Below are positions 26,874 to 29,777 of a stretch of 29,777 nt of DNA, in pieces; position 1 is the stretch's first letter; each line of letters starts with the position of its first letter. The notes beneath the pieces were generated by a model, which searched no databases, was not told the origin of the DNA, and saw nothing but the letters and a program-made list of their open reading frames with translations. The position numbers and the translations under genes are program-made. The stretch comes from a virus (taxonomy: Duplodnaviria > Caudoviricetes): the IMG/VR virus record IMGVR_UViG_3300030433_000970, positions 1 to 29,777 of that record. One strand, given 5' to 3'.

Positions 26874-28168
26874 GGTTTGGCTTCTTCTTCTTCTGGTTTA
26901 CCTATGGCCATCATTTGATATCTAACACTATCAAGAAGATGGTCAGGTCCAGTCGTATCTAAATCTTCAGGCCGCTTAATATCATGAACAAGCATTGGTA
27001 TAGTCTCGATAAACTTCCTACAAGTCTTGAAAACAAAAAACTTAGGCGGCGTTTCTTCATCCCATTTTAGATACTCGCGCAGAAGGTTCCAACCATTCAA
27101 GCGGTTATTATTAGCTTTTATTGCATTTATTCCACCTTTTCGTAACAAATCTGCTATTGCTTGATGGGACCCAGCTGGTATATCTGAACGATTTGAATTC
27201 ATTGGGTTACGAATCCACATACTAGGGTCACCTAAAGTCATTCTATATTCCTCACCCTCACTTAATGCATTAATTGCATCAATGTGACCACTTAATTCCA
27301 TTTCAGCCACATAATACTCCTTGTATAGGTAGCAATCACCACTAGGGCTTACTGCTATCCAACTAACAGCAAAAGGTGCCTTATAACCATAATCTATGCC
27401 GCGAAACCTATACCATGTACTAGGAATTCTAAATGGTTCTACGACATGCACATCATAACGCCATTGACTAAAATATTGTCCATAGTAGACATCCCAGTCA
27501 CCATCAAGCCATGCGCGGCGTAATTCTTCTGGTAACCCTTTTAACATTTCCATATATCCTGGGTCCTCGCGCATCAGTGTTGGATTGTCATGTATTTTAC
27601 TTGGTATGAATATTCTAGTCCTAGATGTTACTGGGTCGTAGTATGTTTTTTCTGGTTCATTAGATAAGAACCTAGATTTGAACCAATTATGACCAGGTCC
27701 ACCAGGATTACATGTTAAAAATATTTGGGGGGATAGCCCAATTGTGCTACGACAACTAGAAATAAGCTTCAAATAATCTTCTTCATCACCTATCAATGTA
27801 GCTTCCTCAATACCCATTTTATGGTATTCGTGACCCTGGTATTTCTGATAGGCTTGTTTATCCATTAAATGGCCAGTTCTAATAATGGCACCAGTGGGGA
27901 ATCTAAATTCTGCTGGATTACCAACAACATCTACATCCAGGTGCTTATACATCTGTGTAGCCCTATCTATGTAATCTCGTAAGTCATCGTAGTTTCTACG
28001 GATAATAAGGCCTCTATAAAGTGGATTATTAAGGTATTCGGGGTCTACCATCCATGCCATTAGACAGCTGGATTTACCTCCACCACGACTACCACCAAAG
28101 GCTATTTCAAATTCTTGCCTTGCTAGTGCAAATGCTTGTCTTGGGTGCGGTTCCCAATGTATTTGCAT
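26807..28168 (-). CDS. terL: Terminase large subunit
   Basis: ATG at 28168 after GGGAG; PHPRQ, Walker A GGSRGGGKS, Walker B MGIEEA, coupling motif TCNP, nuclease motifs GIDYG, DPS, DHLLDSVRY. Confidence 0.95.
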   Translation of the reverse strand: MQIHWEPHPRQAFALARQEFEIAFGGSRGGGKSSCLMAWMVDPEYLNNPLYRGLIIRRNYDDLRDYIDRATQMYKHLDVDVVGNPAEFRFPTGAIIRTGHLMDKQAYQKYQGHEYHKMGIEEATLIGDEEDYLKLISSCRSTIGLSPQIFLTCNPGGPGHNWFKSRFLSNEPEKTYYDPVTSRTRIFIPSKIHDNPTLMREDPGYMEMLKGLPEELRRAWLDGDWDVYYGQYFSQWRYDVHVVEPFRIPSTWYRFRGIDYGYKAPFAVSWIAVSPSGDCYLYKEYYVAEMELSGHIDAINALSEGEEYRMTLGDPSMWIRNPMNSNRSDIPAGSHQAIADLLRKGGINAIKANNNRLNGWNLLREYLKWDEETPPKFFVFKTCRKFIETIPMLVHDIKRPEDLDTTGPDHLLDSVRYQMMAIGKPEEEEAKPWIQKLMQKFEANKTDTPGLRG

Positions 28169-28170
28169 TT

Positions 28171-28386
28171 TTACTCCCCCCAGTATGTGTTTTTTCTGTA
28201 CTTGGTTTGTTCGTACTTTGTCATATCCTTCCAGCATTTAGGTAGATATTCAGCACGATTATCACAGCCACTTGCCAATCCGCAGTATGTGTATGTTTCC
28301 TTATCGACTACGCCACTATGTATATTGTAATTAGATTTGGTAGCAAAAGCGCATTTACGACTTATTTTCGGGCATACATCAAACAT
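28171..28386 (-). CDS. Small Cys-rich protein (possible Zn-binding)
   Basis: 71 aa with five Cys (CP, CAF, YCG, GC, KCW); AAGGGA RBS; stops 2 nt before the TerL start. Confidence 0.7.
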   Translation of the reverse strand: MFDVCPKISRKCAFATKSNYNIHSGVVDKETYTYCGLASGCDNRAEYLPKCWKDMTKYEQTKYRKNTYWGE

Positions 28387-28616
28387 ATTCTTCCCTTGGT
28401 TTTATTGGTTGTCTTTACGACTATAAAAAGTTTTTTCATATTCTGTCTGGGACTCCTACATGATATTCGGGCCGATGGGACCCGACCAATGGGATGGCCC
28501 CCCTCGCAAATAATTTAATCGGTGTCGATACACATTATAAATATTTTCACAAGGCAAAGCGACCCAGCCCATTACAATAACATGCAGACCTCCTCGGTAC
28601 AGCATCATCTGGCTCA

Positions 28617-28982
28617 CTATTGGCTCACCTCTGGCCCAGGGTCACCAACGTCACCAGGGGACTCGGTAGGCAGAAAAGTTTCGCTCACAGCCTGGCCAGT
28701 CGTACCTATTTTAGGTGGGTCAAGCGGCGCCTTCTCAGGCAGAACAATCACCCCAGTTATACCCTTCTGTTCCACTTCCAATTGCATTGCTTTTAAATCT
28801 GGAACCAGCTTTGGCAGTAGGATACGCCACGCTGATACCTGGCGCTTATCATCATCATTCATAGCTACATCAAATAGCTTCTGTATTAATTCGTTCTTCT
28901 GTGGGTGGTTACGAACCAGGTCCTTCACTGACGTTTTAGGCCTCCCAGTGGGATTACCTGACTCTCCTTTTGTAAATGGCAT
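28617..28982 (-). CDS. terS: Terminase small subunit
   Basis: N-terminal FTKGESGNPTGRPK (DUF5681-type motif), VPDLKAMQLE, GVIVLP; upstream of TerL. Confidence 0.75.
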   Translation of the reverse strand: MPFTKGESGNPTGRPKTSVKDLVRNHPQKNELIQKLFDVAMNDDDKRQVSAWRILLPKLVPDLKAMQLEVEQKGITGVIVLPEKAPLDPPKIGTTGQAVSETFLPTESPGDVGDPGPEVSQ

Positions 28983-29012
28983 TCTATTGTTTTTGCATTG
29001 TTAATTGACCTG

Positions 29013-29042
29013 ATTATATGGTAGGCAGATGTACGCTTTCAA
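29013..29042 (-). promoter_or_regulatory. Sigma70-like promoter for the packaging/late operon
   Basis: Minus strand TTGAAA - 18 nt - TATAAT, 30 nt upstream of the terS ATG. Confidence 0.55.
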
Positions 29043-29071
29043 CACATAATTATATTATTTTAAAATATTAC

Positions 29072-29101
29072 TTGCATATTATTATGCTACACTGCTACAT
29101 T
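29072..29101 (+). promoter_or_regulatory. Sigma70-like promoter for the divergent (early) unit
   Basis: TTGCAT - 18 nt - TACATT with an extended -10 TG, AT-rich upstream tract, followed by an A-rich leader and AAGGAG RBS. Confidence 0.55.
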
Positions 29102-29146
29102 TGACATGTCAAACAAACCAAGAAAAAAACAAAACAAGGAGATTAT

Positions 29147-29488
29147 ATGTTTTTAGTTACTGATTATAAAGTTAAAACCAACATCACAACTGAGTCTTTT
29201 AAGAAGTTCATCAAGAAGTGTATTGACTATGATATCTTCGCTAACATGGACCAGGGTGTTATCAAATTTCGTGCTGACTATGTTGTTGACATGCGACCAG
29301 CACATAGTGAAGCCAACTACGCTGTCTGGAACTGGATGGGTACACTCAGACTAGTTGATTACAGCCAACCAGATGCATTCTCAAAGCAGTCAGGTGACTG
29401 GCCAATCATTACTGATATCTATTTCAGTAAGGAACTCAACAATACAATCTGCATCCATACTACTCTCGATAGTTCTGAAGAAGAGTAG
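29147..29488 (+). CDS. Hypothetical protein (probable early gene)
   Basis: AAGGAG RBS, ATG, 113 aa; first ORF of the divergent unit. Confidence 0.8.
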   Translation: MFLVTDYKVKTNITTESFKKFIKKCIDYDIFANMDQGVIKFRADYVVDMRPAHSEANYAVWNWMGTLRLVDYSQPDAFSKQSGDWPIITDIYFSKELNNTICIHTTLDSSEEE

Positions 29489-29491
29489 CAT

Positions 29492-29551
29492 CCATACTGA
29501 TGATGGCCCAGGTGGTTCCTGGGCCGAAACACTAAGTGTCTATGGTAACCA
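29492..29551 (+). ncRNA. Type I hammerhead ribozyme
   Basis: Stem I CCAUA/UAUGG; core CUGAUGA (29497-29503); stem II GGCCCAGG/CCUGGGCC; GAAA; stem III ACAC-UAA-GUGU; GUC cleavage triplet ending at 29540; loop II UGGUU complementary to AACCA (29547-29551). Confidence 0.92.
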
Positions 29552-29574
29552 AAAATAACAAAAGGAACAGCGAT

Positions 29575-29777
29575 ATGAAATTAGCAAATAGATATTCAAA
29601 GGGTGTCACATTACACAGCAAGTCAGAAGGTGACTTAAGATATTCCCTCAGACGTAAGGTCATCAATGTAATCTATGACACCAACAGAAGATTACAAGCG
29701 CTTGGAATGGCTCGTCTACCTAGAATTGAGGTCAGGATTGTTAAGTCAGCTAACTATGCTGGAATGGCTTACATTGG
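29575..29777 (+). CDS. Partial hypothetical protein (runs off window)
   Basis: AAGGA RBS, ATG at 29575, open to the window end: MKLANRYSKG...LPRIEVRIVKSANYAGMAYI; weak resemblance to the N-terminal part of zincin-like proteins. Confidence 0.7.
   Translation, partial: MKLANRYSKGVTLHSKSEGDLRYSLRRKVINVIYDTNRRLQALGMARLPRIEVRIVKSANYAGMAYI

Noticed and set aside
28169-28237. Longer TerL N-terminus from the ORF track
   Set aside because: It overlaps the Cys-rich ORF; the ATG at 28168 has a good SD and gives the typical PHPRQ start.
120-29004. Numerous plus-strand ORFs in the track (e.g. 7199-7858, 14398-14913, 28522-29004)
   Set aside because: They are antisense shadows of well-supported minus-strand genes, with no recognisable motifs.
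29355-29558. 67-aa plus-strand ORF
   Set aside because: It overlaps ORF 29147-29488 in another frame and runs through the hammerhead ribozyme; TTG start with no clear RBS.
1-29777. Stop-codon reassignment, introns, inteins or tRNA genes
   Set aside because: Genes tile densely under the standard code using all three stops, TerL, portal and capsid have ordinary lengths, and no cloverleaf was recognised by eye.

Overview
The window is an AT-rich segment of a tailed dsDNA phage genome with podovirus-like, P22-type morphogenesis genes. The host cannot be identified from the sequence. Bases 116-28982 form one tightly packed minus-strand late operon. In transcription order it encodes TerS, TerL, the portal, five tiny Lys/Arg-rich proteins, scaffold, major capsid, two adaptor-like paralogues, an apparently split nozzle, ejection proteins (including a 2378-aa polyvalent protein), three fibre-like proteins with chaperone-like ORFs, several small membrane proteins and a lysozyme-like endolysin. 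A divergent plus-strand unit, probably early, starts near 29100. The most notable non-coding element is a complete type I hammerhead ribozyme (29492-29551) with a loop-II pseudoknot between two plus-strand ORFs. The ribosome-binding site just downstream of its cleavage site has a perfect 13-nt antisense copy in the hairpin loop that ends the late operon, suggesting a possible ribozyme-plus-antisense control circuit. All product calls rest on motif recognition and synteny; no database searches were run.
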